From: Chloroflexota bacterium
GTDB taxonomy: Bacteria; Chloroflexota; UBA11872; UBA12225; JAJDUF01
Length of the DNA: 51,661 nucleotides
Direction of reading: 5' to 3'
Assembly (NCBI GenBank): GCA_022824545.1
Contig: JAJDZR010000117.1
Span: 1 to 51,661 of the forward strand
The notes under the pieces are model-generated. The model saw only the letters and a program-made list of their open reading frames with translations. It was not told the origin of the DNA and ran no database searches. This document shows positions 1 through 9,546 of the stretch, one piece after another. A program made the translations under genes and the position numbers. Numbering within the stretch: position 1 is the first letter of the stretch; every line of letters begins with the position of its first letter.

Positions 1-58
1 ACCACTCGGCCCTAACCCCCGGCCTATGAGTAGTCGGTACTCCCCGTGGACGTATGCC

Positions 59-622
59 CTATGTGTCGAAGATGTCGCTGATCGCGCAGTTGAAGCCGGG
101 CAGCACGTCCAGGCCGTCGAGCGTGTCGTGTTCGGTGAGCGTCATCACTGCGCGGCCTGGCACGTGTACGTCCACGGTCCGCGTGTCCGGCTGCACGACC
201 CACACCAGGTCCACACCGTAATGCAGCCACGTCTCCGCCTTCTCGCGGACCTCGCGCCGGCTATCGTTGGGAGAGGCGATCTCCACTACCAGGTCGGGAG
301 GCACCTCGGCATAGCCGGTATCCAGCGCGTCTAGCAGGATTTTCGCTGCTGAGAAATAGGCGATGTCCGGCTCGCGTACCGTGTCGGGGTTGCGCTCCAG
401 CCATACACCCGAGTCCGCGGCCGTCAAGCTCCCCAGCTTCCGATCCTTGACGAAATACCTCAGTTCGGCACTCAGATTTACGACGATCTTGCCGTGTGCA
501 TATCCCGTTGGCATGGTCTCGTGCAATACCCCCCGGATCAGTTCGCCGCGAACGCCCTGACTATGCAGCCGCAATAGGTCGTCGGCCGTCAGCAGCCTTG
601 TCGCGGTTATCATCAAGTCCAT
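59..622 (-). CDS. Uma2 family (DUF820) PD-(D/E)xK endonuclease-like protein
   Basis: Motifs ELIRG, VREPDIAY, PDLVVEIASPND and GVDLVWVVQP are typical of Uma2. Confidence 0.9.
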   Translation of the reverse strand: MDLMITATRLLTADDLLRLHSQGVRGELIRGVLHETMPTGYAHGKIVVNLSAELRYFVKDRKLGSLTAADSGVWLERNPDTVREPDIAYFSAAKILLDALDTGYAEVPPDLVVEIASPNDSRREVREKAETWLHYGVDLVWVVQPDTRTVDVHVPGRAVMTLTEHDTLDGLDVLPGFNCAISDIFDT

Positions 623-649
623 CTCCTTCTCGGTCCGCCTGACCCTCTA

Positions 650-705
650 TCCCTCCCCCGTCGCAACGGGGGAGGGTCAGGGTGGGGGCCACTAGCCACT
701 AGCCA
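650..705 (+). repeat. Palindromic intergenic repeat (family C, CCCTCCCC-GTCGCAAC-GGGGAGGG plus G-rich tail) with heptamer duplication
   Basis: Related copies at about 1742-1780, 40179-40218 and 24250-24288, and a degenerate one at about 47081-47100. Confidence 0.8.
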
Positions 706-1135
706 TCACCCAGCCCGTCCCGCTGCCGACCACGACGTGCTCCCCGTGCTGGTTCTCGCACCAGACCTGCAAGTCAAATCTGGTCGCGCCCGCCTCCAGG
801 TGCCGCGCGGACACCCGCGCTCGCGCCGTGATCGTATCCCCCACGTCCACGATGCGGATGAACTTCAGGCTCAGCAGTCCCCGCTCCAGCCAGCGCGCCC
901 CGAAGAGGTCAATCATCAGTTCGTATAGATAGCCCTGCATCATCGCACCCGAAGCAGCCCGCGTCGGCAGCCCACTCTGCTGGGCAGCTGCCAGGTCCGT
1001 ATGCACGTTCTTCGCCGGCCAGCCGTCGAACCGCGGCCAGCCGCCGGAGAACAGCCACGTCCGGTACGAGGTCATCGTTTTCGGTGCCCCGGCCACCTCG
1101 CATCCCACCGCCGTGTCTTGCGTGAATGGTTGCAT
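692..1135 (-). CDS. MaoC-like dehydratase / hot-dog fold protein
   Basis: NVHTD...AASG hydratase-like motif and FIRIVDVGDTI...CENQHGE pattern. Confidence 0.75.
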   Translation of the reverse strand: MQPFTQDTAVGCEVAGAPKTMTSYRTWLFSGGWPRFDGWPAKNVHTDLAAAQQSGLPTRAASGAMMQGYLYELMIDLFGARWLERGLLSLKFIRIVDVGDTITARARVSARHLEAGATRFDLQVWCENQHGEHVVVGSGTGWVMASG

Positions 1136-1149
1136 AATCCGGCTCCGCT

Positions 1150-1605
1150 CTACTCCGTCGGCCCGTCCGCCCCGCGGTGTGGCCCGCCCGTGTACGTGTA
1201 CGTGGTCCGCCGCGTAAGCACCAGCACGCCGTCCTCGTCAAAAATCGGCGCTTCCACCACCTGATACTCCCGCCCCCGTCGCTCGTACCGGCCCGTCACC
1301 TTCCACGACACGCGGAACCGCTTCCCCACCCGCGCCGGGCCGCTGTGCTCCACGTCCTCGTGCGTATGGATGGCCGCCATGCCCGGTGGCAGATAGAACG
1401 AGGGGCTGCGGGTGTTGTTGCTGAAGTTGATGAGCAGCGCCGGATGCACCAGCGCCGCGCCGCCCGCCGTCGTCTCCATATACCGCGCGTGCAAGTCCTC
1501 GACCGCGTGCAGAAAGTTCTCGTTCATCTCCTCCGACACGTGAAACTCCAGCGGCGCAAACTCCTCACCCACCTCTAGCTCATCCGCCCGTCTACTACCC
1601 ATCAT
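1150..1605 (-). CDS. MaoC-like hot-dog fold protein (probable partner of the downstream gene)
   Basis: ELEVGEEF start and IHTHEDVEHSGPARVG...YERRGREY pattern. Start moved to the ATG at 1605 because the upstream extension is repeat DNA. Confidence 0.7.
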   Translation of the reverse strand: MMGSRRADELEVGEEFAPLEFHVSEEMNENFLHAVEDLHARYMETTAGGAALVHPALLINFSNNTRSPSFYLPPGMAAIHTHEDVEHSGPARVGKRFRVSWKVTGRYERRGREYQVVEAPIFDEDGVLVLTRRTTYTYTGGPHRGADGPTE

Positions 1606-1671
1606 AGCCCTCGGCCAATCGTCATATTCGTGCGTGGCACCAACCTCATTCTTGCCGTTGCCCCTTATTCT

Positions 1672-1803
1672 CGTCATTGTGGCGGAAGCCGCAATCCAGG
1701 CGTCCCGGCCTGCCCCCCCGCTCCGCCGGGGGACGGCGTGTTCCCTCCCCTGTCGCAACGGGGGAGGGTTGGGGTGGGGGTCACTCGCCCCTCCCCTCCC
1801 CCC
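1672..1803 (+). repeat. Composite palindromic repeat cluster (families F and C)
   Basis: GTCATTGTGGCGGAAGCCGCAATCCAG followed by CCCCCGCTCCGCCGGGGG-ACGGCGTGTT and a family C hairpin, closely matching 40151-40218. Confidence 0.8.
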
Positions 1804-3156
1804 TCACCGCTCGTCCACGAACCGGCTGAACTTATAGCTCCCCGCAATCTCCGCAAACCCGTCCGCCGGCAGGAACTCCACGCTCGGCGTCACTTCCACC
1901 GCCTGCTTCACCAAGCGCGGCACCGCCACGGCCGCGCGCTCCCGCGCCGCCTCCTCGCAGGCCACCCGCACAATGAGCTTATCCTGCGAGAACGGATCCC
2001 CCCGGTCCTCGCGCGTCACGGCCACCTGGTACTCCGCGATACCTTGCCGCAGCAGCTGCGCCAGCTGCTCGTGCAGCGCCGCCGGATCAATCAACGTCCC
2101 CCGCACTTTCGTCAGCCCGTCTGCGCGGTGCGGCCCGCTCAAAAATCGCGGCTCCCACCGTCCGCAGTGGGGACACCGCTCGTGGGTCAGCGCCACCACG
2201 TCACCCGGCGCATACCGCAGCAGCACCGTCCCCCGCCGGTTGAGGTGGCTAATCAGCAACAACCCCGGCTCGCCGTCGCCGACGGGGCTGCCCGTATCGG
2301 GGTCAACGATCTCCGTATAAAACTGATCGGGCACCGCTTGGTGCCGCCCCCCTTCTTCCACGCACTCGATAGCCGGCCCCTGCACTTCCGTAAATCCGTA
2401 CCCGTTGTTGATGATCGGCGCCGCGCTGCCCAGCGCCCGCAACCGCTGGCGCAGGTCCTCCCGCATCGGCCGCGGACACGGCTCGCCCATCACCATCGCC
2501 AGCCGCACTGCACCGAAGTCGCTCCCCAGGGCTTGGGCGCGCAGCACCACCCGCCGGACGTAAGTCGTAATGCCCCACAGCACCGTGGCCCGCTCCCGCT
2601 CGATCATCTCGATAGCGTCGTCCATCCGCTTGTGAACCGGATAGTCGGCGTAGGCGCTGCCAGTCATGCCGGTGAGCAGCTTGCTTCCGACCGCCATCGC
2701 GCCCCACATCGCACTCAAAAACCCCTGGTGCGGCACCGCGCTCAACGGAAAGAGGTTCATCACCGTGTCCTGCGGCCCGACTCCGGCAATCGTGGCCACC
2801 CGCCCCAGATGATGAATACGGGCAAAGCGGTCATGCACCGTATCGTAGAACGGCGTCGGCTTGCCGGAAGACCCCGACGTGTAGATCACCTCCGCCAGCG
2901 TCGTCTCCTCCGGCGCCAGGCCGGCAACGCCCTCCAACCGCAGCCGGAACCGCTCCGGGTCCTGCACGTACTCCCGTTTGTGCAGGATCGGCAACCAGCG
3001 CAGGTCCTCTACCGTCCGGAAGTCGTCGGCCGTCAGTCCCTGCTCCCGCAGCACGCGCCGGTAGTGCGGATGCGCCCGCGCACACAAGCGCATCATCCGC
3101 GGCAGTTGCTCATTCTGCCGCTCCCGCAGCCACACCCCGTACTCACCCCCGGTCAT
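1804..3156 (-). CDS. Phenylacetate-CoA ligase (PaaK)-like AMP-binding enzyme
   Basis: YTSGSSGKPT P-loop, GYGFTE, EIVDP, LLRY and RADGLTKVRG adenylation motifs. Start estimated at MTGGEY. Confidence 0.8.
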   Translation of the reverse strand: MTGGEYGVWLRERQNEQLPRMMRLCARAHPHYRRVLREQGLTADDFRTVEDLRWLPILHKREYVQDPERFRLRLEGVAGLAPEETTLAEVIYTSGSSGKPTPFYDTVHDRFARIHHLGRVATIAGVGPQDTVMNLFPLSAVPHQGFLSAMWGAMAVGSKLLTGMTGSAYADYPVHKRMDDAIEMIERERATVLWGITTYVRRVVLRAQALGSDFGAVRLAMVMGEPCPRPMREDLRQRLRALGSAAPIINNGYGFTEVQGPAIECVEEGGRHQAVPDQFYTEIVDPDTGSPVGDGEPGLLLISHLNRRGTVLLRYAPGDVVALTHERCPHCGRWEPRFLSGPHRADGLTKVRGTLIDPAALHEQLAQLLRQGIAEYQVAVTREDRGDPFSQDKLIVRVACEEAARERAAVAVPRLVKQAVEVTPSVEFLPADGFAEIAGSYKFSRFVDER

Positions 3157-3199
3157 CCCCCGACCTTCCCCGCCACCACTCCGAAAATAACCGCCATCC

Positions 3200-3420
3200 G
3201 TCATCGCCGCGCCAGCCGCAATCCAGCCCCGCCACACCCCAGTCACCCCCCATGACCTGACTGGAGTAGGTACAGACCAAGCCGTAGGGGCGCAGCACGC
3301 TGCGCCCGTCCCCCCGCCGCGCGGGGGGACCATAGGGGGGCCAGTCTCCACCTCCGCCTTCTGCCCACCTCCACCTTCCACCCCCTCTCCAACATTTGGA
3401 GAGGGGGCCGGGGGGTGAGG
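3200..3420 (+). repeat. Composite repeat cluster (family F, GTAG-type REP-like hairpin, family D, family A)
   Basis: GTAGGGGCGCAGCACGCTGCGCCC at about 3283, GGGGGACCATAGGGGGG at about 3324, CCCCCTCTCCAACATTTGGAGAGGGGG-CCGGGGGGTGAGG at 3381-3420. Confidence 0.8.
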
Positions 3421-3440
3421 CCCGGCAGCCTCAGCCTCCC

Positions 3441-4403
3441 CTACACCACCAGCTCATCCAGCCTCGGCCCGAACACCTGCTTGAACTTCAGCAGCCGCTC
3501 CACCATCCACGCCCGGATTTCCGCCAGCGTCTCCTCGTCGTCATCAATGCTTCCCCGGCGCACTACCGCTATACGCGGATTGCCCAAGCGATCCCATTGA
3601 AGAGGTTCTCCCAGTTCGGATTGAATGTCAGCCTGGTACTCGGACAACTGGTCGAACAACTCTCTACCGCTGGCGATGTACAGCTCGACTCTGGCCCTTC
3701 CTTCCGAATCGAAACGAGCCTCGTACTGGAAATCCTGTCCGAATCCCGTTGAGAGGCGGCAGCGGTTTCTGTCTGGTGCCTTACGAGCATTTGTGAAGTT
3801 GTGCTTCTCCCTCAGTGTGTCTATAAGCTCTTGGAAAAATGCTCGGTATCGCTCTCTTCCTCCTGCCACACTGCTTGCCGCACGCGCACGGCTGATGGTC
3901 TGTTTGCGCCAATCGTTGGGCGTAGCGACGGGGTTAAATTTGACGGCGGGCCGCGAGTCGTCAATCGTCCACAACTCAACCTCGACGCCGAAGAAGGCCG
4001 TGTCTTCCCCGGTACGCCGGTTGAGCAAGTCCAACGCTTCTCGGTGCTCGTCCCGGAACTTCTTGGCAATCCAGACGATTACGTTGGCGTCAAACCCGGC
4101 CGCGTAGGTGAGCAGCTTGCCGAGATGTTCGTGGTCGGTTCCTTCCAACTGGTTCTCGATGACTACCTGGCGGTTGTTCTCCACATCCCGTGCCAGGATG
4201 TCCAGCGAGTAGCTGCCAACGGGGGCTTCCTGTGCCTCCACTTCGAGACCCATGCCCAGCGCATTGCTCAGTCTCTCGATGTTCTCCGCCAGCCAGGGCG
4301 TGAAGTCCGCCGCCTCGTGCTCCCAGACACTACGGAGGTCGTCCTCCCTCTTGATGGTCCCCAAATCCGGCCCGCTGCCGCCCTCTCCCTCGGAATTGCT
4401 CAT
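3441..4403 (-). CDS. DUF4268 domain protein with N-terminal PD-(D/E)xK (NucS-like) domain
   Basis: VWEHEAADFTPWL, LDILA, VIENQL, DHEHLGKLLTYAAG. C-terminal IQSELGEPLQW is DUF4268-like. Confidence 0.8.
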   Translation of the reverse strand: MSNSEGEGGSGPDLGTIKREDDLRSVWEHEAADFTPWLAENIERLSNALGMGLEVEAQEAPVGSYSLDILARDVENNRQVVIENQLEGTDHEHLGKLLTYAAGFDANVIVWIAKKFRDEHREALDLLNRRTGEDTAFFGVEVELWTIDDSRPAVKFNPVATPNDWRKQTISRARAASSVAGGRERYRAFFQELIDTLREKHNFTNARKAPDRNRCRLSTGFGQDFQYEARFDSEGRARVELYIASGRELFDQLSEYQADIQSELGEPLQWDRLGNPRIAVVRRGSIDDDEETLAEIRAWMVERLLKFKQVFGPRLDELVV

Positions 4404-4504
4404 CACCCGCCCCTCAATCCCCGTCGGCACGTATCAGTCGCCGATAGCCCGCGGTCAGTATAGAGCAAGTCCCCGGCCCTCACCCTCACCCCGCCAACCT
4501 CCAG

Positions 4505-4588
4505 CCCCTTCCCTTCAGGGAGGGGGTTTGGGGGTAGGTCCGCCCTCCACCCCTCTCCAAATGTTGGAGAGGGGGCCGGGGGGTGAGG
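4505..4588 (+). repeat. Repeat cluster (families B and A)
   Basis: CCCCTTCCCTTCAGGGAGGGGG plus G tail, then CCCCTCTCCAAATGTTGGAGAGGGGG plus tail. Confidence 0.8.
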
Positions 4589-4738
4589 AATGCCGCCCTC
4601 TCCACCAAGGCCGTTGTCTTCCCCCACCTCTCCGCAATATACCCTCGCGTTGGGAACTGGCAGATGCAAGACCATCCTGGAGCACCGGGCACCGCCCGGC
4701 AGGAAAGTACACGTACTACCGTGTCAACTTACGACGGT

Positions 4739-5050
4739 GGCACCGCCACCCAGCCGAGGGCACCGGGTCATGAGCGACCCCACGCCGCCCTGCGCGCGGC
4801 GCGGCATGGCCGCCTGAGTGCCGCTTCTACGGCACCGGGTGCTGACGTACCCCCGGCCACCACGGCCGAGGCGCCGGGTCAGTACTGTCTGAGTGCCGCC
4901 CCGAGGGCACCGGGTCACGGCCGCCCCCTCGCCACTACGGCGGGAGTGCTAGGCCATGACCGTCTGAGTGCCGCCTTGCTGGTACCGGATGACGACGCAG
5001 CGCCGGCCATTATGGCCATCGTGCCACGTCATCATCGTCCGAGTGCCGCA
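4739..5050 (+). repeat. Degenerate 75-bp tandem repeat (about 4 units)
   Basis: C(T/C)GAGTGCCGC at 4814, 4889, 4964 and 5039 (exact 75-bp spacing), with a recurring GCACCGGGT-like sub-motif. Confidence 0.8.
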
Positions 5051-5169
5051 CCCATCGCCACCGTCGCCTTGCCGGCCGGCGCACACCGGCTGCGCCAGGA
5101 GAGCTTGCCCCACACCCCTGCCAATCCCCGCATTCTGACTTACTCGTATTCCCACCACACCGTCTCTTT

Positions 5170-5670
5170 ATTGCGGCGCAAGCCGCAATCCAGCCCCCGG
5201 CCCGCTGCCCGTCGCTACGCGGACTCCCCTTCCCTGCCAGGGAAGGGGCCGGGGGTTAGGTCCGCCTCGTTCCCCACTCCACCCCCTCTCCAACATTTGG
5301 AGAGGGGGCCGGGGGGTGAGGCTCGCCCCACCACCCATCAAGTGCATCCTGCCATCCAGGTTCCGCCCTACCCGCGGTCTTGCTCCACCGCGGCCACGGG
5401 CCGCCTCCGCCAGCACCCCTCCCGCGCCCCGCCGCCCGCCGCCGCGTCACTGCGGCAGAAGCCGCAATCCAGCCGCACAATTGAAGAGCGTAGGCAGCGT
5501 CTCCGTGTCGCCGCCGCCCGCTATTCCCCTTCCCTTTAGGGAGGGGGCCAGGGGGTAGGTCTGCCGTACTCCCCCTCGCCACATGGTGGAGAGAGGGCCG
5601 GGTGACAGGCCAAAGGCGCACCACACCTGGCACTTTCCGTGCGGCTTTGGCCCGTCAATGGGTGAGGCCC
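5170..5670 (+). repeat. Large mosaic of palindromic repeats (F, B, A, F, B, A-variant with nested hairpin)
   Basis: Copies at about 5170, 5226, 5282, 5446, 5526 and 5571. Confidence 0.8.
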
Positions 5671-5679
5671 AAACCCCAT

Positions 5680-7539
5680 CTACCGATACCACGCCGCCTG
5701 GAGGCGGTACAGCTCCGCGTAGGCGCCGCCGTGCGCCATCAGCTCACCGTGCGTGCCGGCCTCGATCAGTTGCCCCGCCTGCAAGACCAGCACGCGGTCC
5801 GCTATCCGGCACGACCCGAGCCGGTGCGAGATCAACACCACCGTCCGTTCCGCGGCCATCCGCGCGAAGTGCTCGTACACCGCCGCCTCCGCCTGGGCAT
5901 CCAGCGCCGAGGCCGGCTCATCCAGAATGAGCATCTCCGCCGGGCGGAAGTAGGCCCGCGCAATCGCCAGCTTCTGCCACTGCCCCACGGACAGCTCCTG
6001 TCCTTCATGGAACTCCCTGCCCAGCAGCGTGTCCAGTCCCTGCGGCAGCGTCTTTGCCACCTCGTCGGCCCCACTGCGCCCGACCGCCGCGTGCAGGGCG
6101 GCCGCATCGCCGGCGCCGTCCACCCACCCGACCGTGATGTTGTCCCGCACACTGCTCTGATACCGCTGGAAGTCCTGAAAGACCGTCCCAAACCGGCGGT
6201 ACCAGTCGGCCGGCGCCATGTCGCGCAGATCAACGCCGTCCACCAAAATCCGCCCCGCCGTAGGCTGGTACAGCCCCATCAGCAGCTTGACCAGCGTGGA
6301 CTTGCCCGCTCCGTTCTCCCCGACCAGCGCCAGCCGTTCTCCCGGCCGGATGGTCAGGTTGAGATCGGCCAGCGCCGGCTCGTCACTCCCCGGATACGTG
6401 AACGACACGCCCTCGAACGTGATCCCTTGCGCCACCGGGCCGGGCCGGCGCCGCCCGCCGGTGAGGTCTACCCGGGGACCGTCGGTGAACTCGAAGAAGT
6501 CCCGGATGTAGCGCATGCTGTTCTCGATCCCGCCGAGGATACTGAGGGTCAGGTCGAAGTAGTGACTCTGAAAGGATTGGATGGCGAAGAAGAAGGCCGC
6601 GTAGGCCCCCAAGCTGGCGCTGCCGCTAATCAGCAGCCACACGCTGAAGGTGATCGCGGCCAGGTAGACCAGCGCGTTCAACCCGTCGGTCCAGATGCTC
6701 ACCCGCGCGCCGGCCGCCGAGAGCTGCAGCCGTCGCCGCATCGTCCGCAGCCAGAGGCGCTGGATGCCGTCAACCAGCCACGGCCCCAGGTTGAACAACC
6801 GCACCTCGGCCGCCGCGTCGCGCTTCCAGAGCAGATCAATCCACACGCCCAGCCGCCGCGTTTCCGGGGTCAGCTCGTTGTTCAACTCGTACCACTTGCG
6901 CTCGAAGCGCATCCGAGTAATCAAGCCGGGCGCGGTCCCGACGACCAGCAGCAGCGGCAGCCCCCAGTGGAACTGACCGAGATAGACTGCCAGGGAAACC
7001 AGCGCCACCAGGCTGGCGAGACCTCGCCACGCCACCTCCACCGTTTCATACAAATGCTGTTCCATCGCCAGCGTGGCGCGTTGCAGCCGGTCGTAGTACG
7101 CGGCGTATTCCAGCCCTTCGAGCGGAGTCGTCTGCGCCTGTCGGTAGCAGCGTGCCTCGATCTCCCGGCGCAGTAGTTCTTGCTGCCGCCCCGCGAGTGT
7201 CTGCCGCACGCTGAACTGCCCACTGAACAGCCCTCCGACCAAGGCTAATCCCGCGAGCGCGCTCGCCCAGAGCAATCCCATGCCGAGCGACGCCGTGCCG
7301 GCCACCACCTCCTGCGCCGTGTCAATCAGCTGGCGCAGCACATGTACCTCGGCAACGGCGAACAGCCCACTCCCGATTTCGAGCACGGCGACCAACGTCG
7401 CCAGCACCGGATTGACCGCCCAGAACAGGCGGAGCAGCCGCGGGAAGTAGCGCACCTGGCTCCAGACCGATGCCTCGTCCGGCCGGTCGAACAGGTCCGC
7501 CACCGACCAGTGTGACCCTCGCGCGTGGTAGGTTCTCAT
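5680..7539 (-). CDS. ABC exporter, fused TMD-NBD
   Basis: N-terminal TM helices, GENGAGKS, LSVGQWQ, ILDEP, ISHRL. Confidence 0.92.
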   Translation of the reverse strand: MRTYHARGSHWSVADLFDRPDEASVWSQVRYFPRLLRLFWAVNPVLATLVAVLEIGSGLFAVAEVHVLRQLIDTAQEVVAGTASLGMGLLWASALAGLALVGGLFSGQFSVRQTLAGRQQELLRREIEARCYRQAQTTPLEGLEYAAYYDRLQRATLAMEQHLYETVEVAWRGLASLVALVSLAVYLGQFHWGLPLLLVVGTAPGLITRMRFERKWYELNNELTPETRRLGVWIDLLWKRDAAAEVRLFNLGPWLVDGIQRLWLRTMRRRLQLSAAGARVSIWTDGLNALVYLAAITFSVWLLISGSASLGAYAAFFFAIQSFQSHYFDLTLSILGGIENSMRYIRDFFEFTDGPRVDLTGGRRRPGPVAQGITFEGVSFTYPGSDEPALADLNLTIRPGERLALVGENGAGKSTLVKLLMGLYQPTAGRILVDGVDLRDMAPADWYRRFGTVFQDFQRYQSSVRDNITVGWVDGAGDAAALHAAVGRSGADEVAKTLPQGLDTLLGREFHEGQELSVGQWQKLAIARAYFRPAEMLILDEPASALDAQAEAAVYEHFARMAAERTVVLISHRLGSCRIADRVLVLQAGQLIEAGTHGELMAHGGAYAELYRLQAAWYR

Positions 7540-7591
7540 CGCCCTCCTGCCCCGCGCCCTCCGACCAACTGGGGGCGGTACGGGTTAAGCC

Positions 7592-7616
7592 GTAGGGGCA
7601 CAACATGTTGCGCCCG
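7592..7616 (+). repeat. GTAG-type REP-like hairpin
   Basis: GTAGGGGCACAACATGTTGCGCCC, same architecture as the copies at about 3283 and 15731. Confidence 0.6.
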
Positions 7617-7665
7617 CCTCCTTCCCCATCCTGTTCATCCTGTCCATCCATGTAAAAATCTACCC

Positions 7666-9546
7666 CTACCCCGCGCCCTCCGGCCCGTCATCCGCCGCGT
7701 ACCAGCTCGCCTGCAAGCCGTACAGCCGCGCATACGCGCCGCTGCCCTGCACCAGGCTGGCGTGCTCGCCCTCCTCCACGATCTGCCCGCCCTGCAGGAC
7801 GATGATCCGGTCGGCCAGCCGTGCCGAGCCGAGCCGATGGGAAATGAAGACCGCGCACCGCCCGGCCGCCGCCGCGCGGAATTGCCGGTAGACGGCCACC
7901 TCGGCCCGCGGGTCGAGCGCTGCCGTCGGCTCGTCGAGCACGATGATCTGCGCGTCCCGCACGTAGGCACGGGCAATCGCCAGCCGTTGCCACTGCCCGG
8001 TGGACAGATCCATCCCGCCGACGAACTCCTTGCGGAGCAGCGTGGCGTATCCGTCGGGCAAGCTGGCAATGAAGCCGTCCGCGCCACTCTGCGCCGCCGC
8101 CCGCTTGATGGCCGCCGGCACCATCGTCGCTGCCTGCGGCGTGTCCGACAGCAGCGTCGTATCGCCGTATCCGATGTTTTCGAGCGCCGTGGCCGGATAG
8201 CGCATGAAGTCCTGGAAGATCGCGGTGGCCTCGCGGCGCCACGCCGCCGGATCGAGGTCGTTCAAGTCAATCCCGTCTACCGTAATCCTCCCCCGCGATG
8301 GGCGATACAGCCCGAGCAGCAGCCGGACGAGCGTGGTCTTGCCCGCGCCGTTTTCGCCGACGAGCGCGATGCGCTCCTGCGGCCGCAGCGTCAGGCTTAC
8401 GTCCTGCAACGCCGGTCGCGCCGCTCCCGGGTACGTAAAGCTCACCCCGTGAAACTGCACCCCTTCCCGCAGTGGCCGCGGCGGCGCCGGATGGTCACTG
8501 GCCGGCCGCGGCTCCGGAGCAACGGCGAGGAAGTCCCGCAGATGCTCCCAGCGCGAGTAGTAATCCACCACGGCAATGGCGTTATAGGACAGCAGTTGGA
8601 TGAGGTTGCGGAACGGCCCCAGCGCGTACAGCAGCGCCACCAGGCTCCCGAGCGTGATCTGGCCCTGGCTCGCCAGCACCAGGAGCGCCACCGCCGTTCC
8701 CCAGCGGGTCAGCTCCTGGAGGGCAGTGTTCCCCCAGCTCTCCCAGGCCAGTCTCCAGTGGGCAGCGGTCAGGGCGTCGAGATGCCGGTTGAAGGCGGCC
8801 CGCCAACGGTCGAGCAGCGCCGCGCCGAGGCCGAACAGCCGCAGCTCAGGGGCCGCCCCCCGGTCAGCCAGGAGTTGCGCCCAGTAGCGCTCCTCGCGGC
8901 GCAGCGGTGAGCGCGCGTAGCTCGCCGCGACAAACCGCCGTCCCTGCCGTCCCCCGATCACCACGCTGGCAATACTGGTCGCGGCGAGCACCACGGGCAG
9001 CAGCCAGTGGGCTTGCGCGTAGAGCGCCAGCAAACCGGCCGTGCCCAGGAGCGCGCTGAGCTGCCCGGCTACCCTCTCAAGCTCCGAGGAGACCCTGCGA
9101 CTCAGAGCCGTCCACCCGTTCTCCAGCTTGTGATAGTACTCCGGCTGCTCGTAGTAGGTCAGCGGCACCGCCGCCATGTGCTCCAGCAACCGGCGCTGGA
9201 GCGCAACCTTCAGCCGCTCGCGGACCAGTCCGCCACAGTAGAGCGTCAGCGTGTTGCGGATGTCGGGTACGACATACGCCGCAAACAGTACCCCCAGCCA
9301 GGGCACAACCTCCCGCCAGGGGTTGGCCGGCAAGGCGGCCAGCACGTTGATGAGGCCCGTCATGGACCAGACGAGCAAGGGCTGGGCCACGCCGCCCACC
9401 AGACTCAACGCCACGATGATGATGGCCAGGAACCGGGCATGACGCCAGATCATCCCGCCGGCGAAGGCCATCGCGCCCCCGGTCCGCCGAGCTTGTGCCG
9501 TCAGCTCGCGCCAGCGCTGTGCGCGCGAGTGTCCCTGCTCCATCAC
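7666..9546 (-). CDS. ABC exporter, fused TMD-NBD (paralogue and probable heterodimer partner)
   Basis: GENGAGKT, LSTGQWQ, VLDEP, ISHRL. Shares the C-terminal LQAxWY with 5680-7539. Confidence 0.92.
   Translation of the reverse strand: MMEQGHSRAQRWRELTAQARRTGGAMAFAGGMIWRHARFLAIIIVALSLVGGVAQPLLVWSMTGLINVLAALPANPWREVVPWLGVLFAAYVVPDIRNTLTLYCGGLVRERLKVALQRRLLEHMAAVPLTYYEQPEYYHKLENGWTALSRRVSSELERVAGQLSALLGTAGLLALYAQAHWLLPVVLAATSIASVVIGGRQGRRFVAASYARSPLRREERYWAQLLADRGAAPELRLFGLGAALLDRWRAAFNRHLDALTAAHWRLAWESWGNTALQELTRWGTAVALLVLASQGQITLGSLVALLYALGPFRNLIQLLSYNAIAVVDYYSRWEHLRDFLAVAPEPRPASDHPAPPRPLREGVQFHGVSFTYPGAARPALQDVSLTLRPQERIALVGENGAGKTTLVRLLLGLYRPSRGRITVDGIDLNDLDPAAWRREATAIFQDFMRYPATALENIGYGDTTLLSDTPQAATMVPAAIKRAAAQSGADGFIASLPDGYATLLRKEFVGGMDLSTGQWQRLAIARAYVRDAQIIVLDEPTAALDPRAEVAVYRQFRAAAAGRCAVFISHRLGSARLADRIIVLQGGQIVEEGEHASLVQGSGAYARLYGLQASWYAADDGPEGAG

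Noticed and set aside
1630-3255. Long + strand ORF (541 aa) and similar shadows (5602-7176, 7525-8910, 10679-12154, 14132-15682)
   Set aside because: They are antisense to well-supported genes, Arg/Pro-rich and motif-free, which is typical of GC-rich DNA.
4739-5050. CRISPR array
   Set aside because: The conserved core is only about 11 bp, the intervening sequences are homologous to each other, and there are no cas genes.
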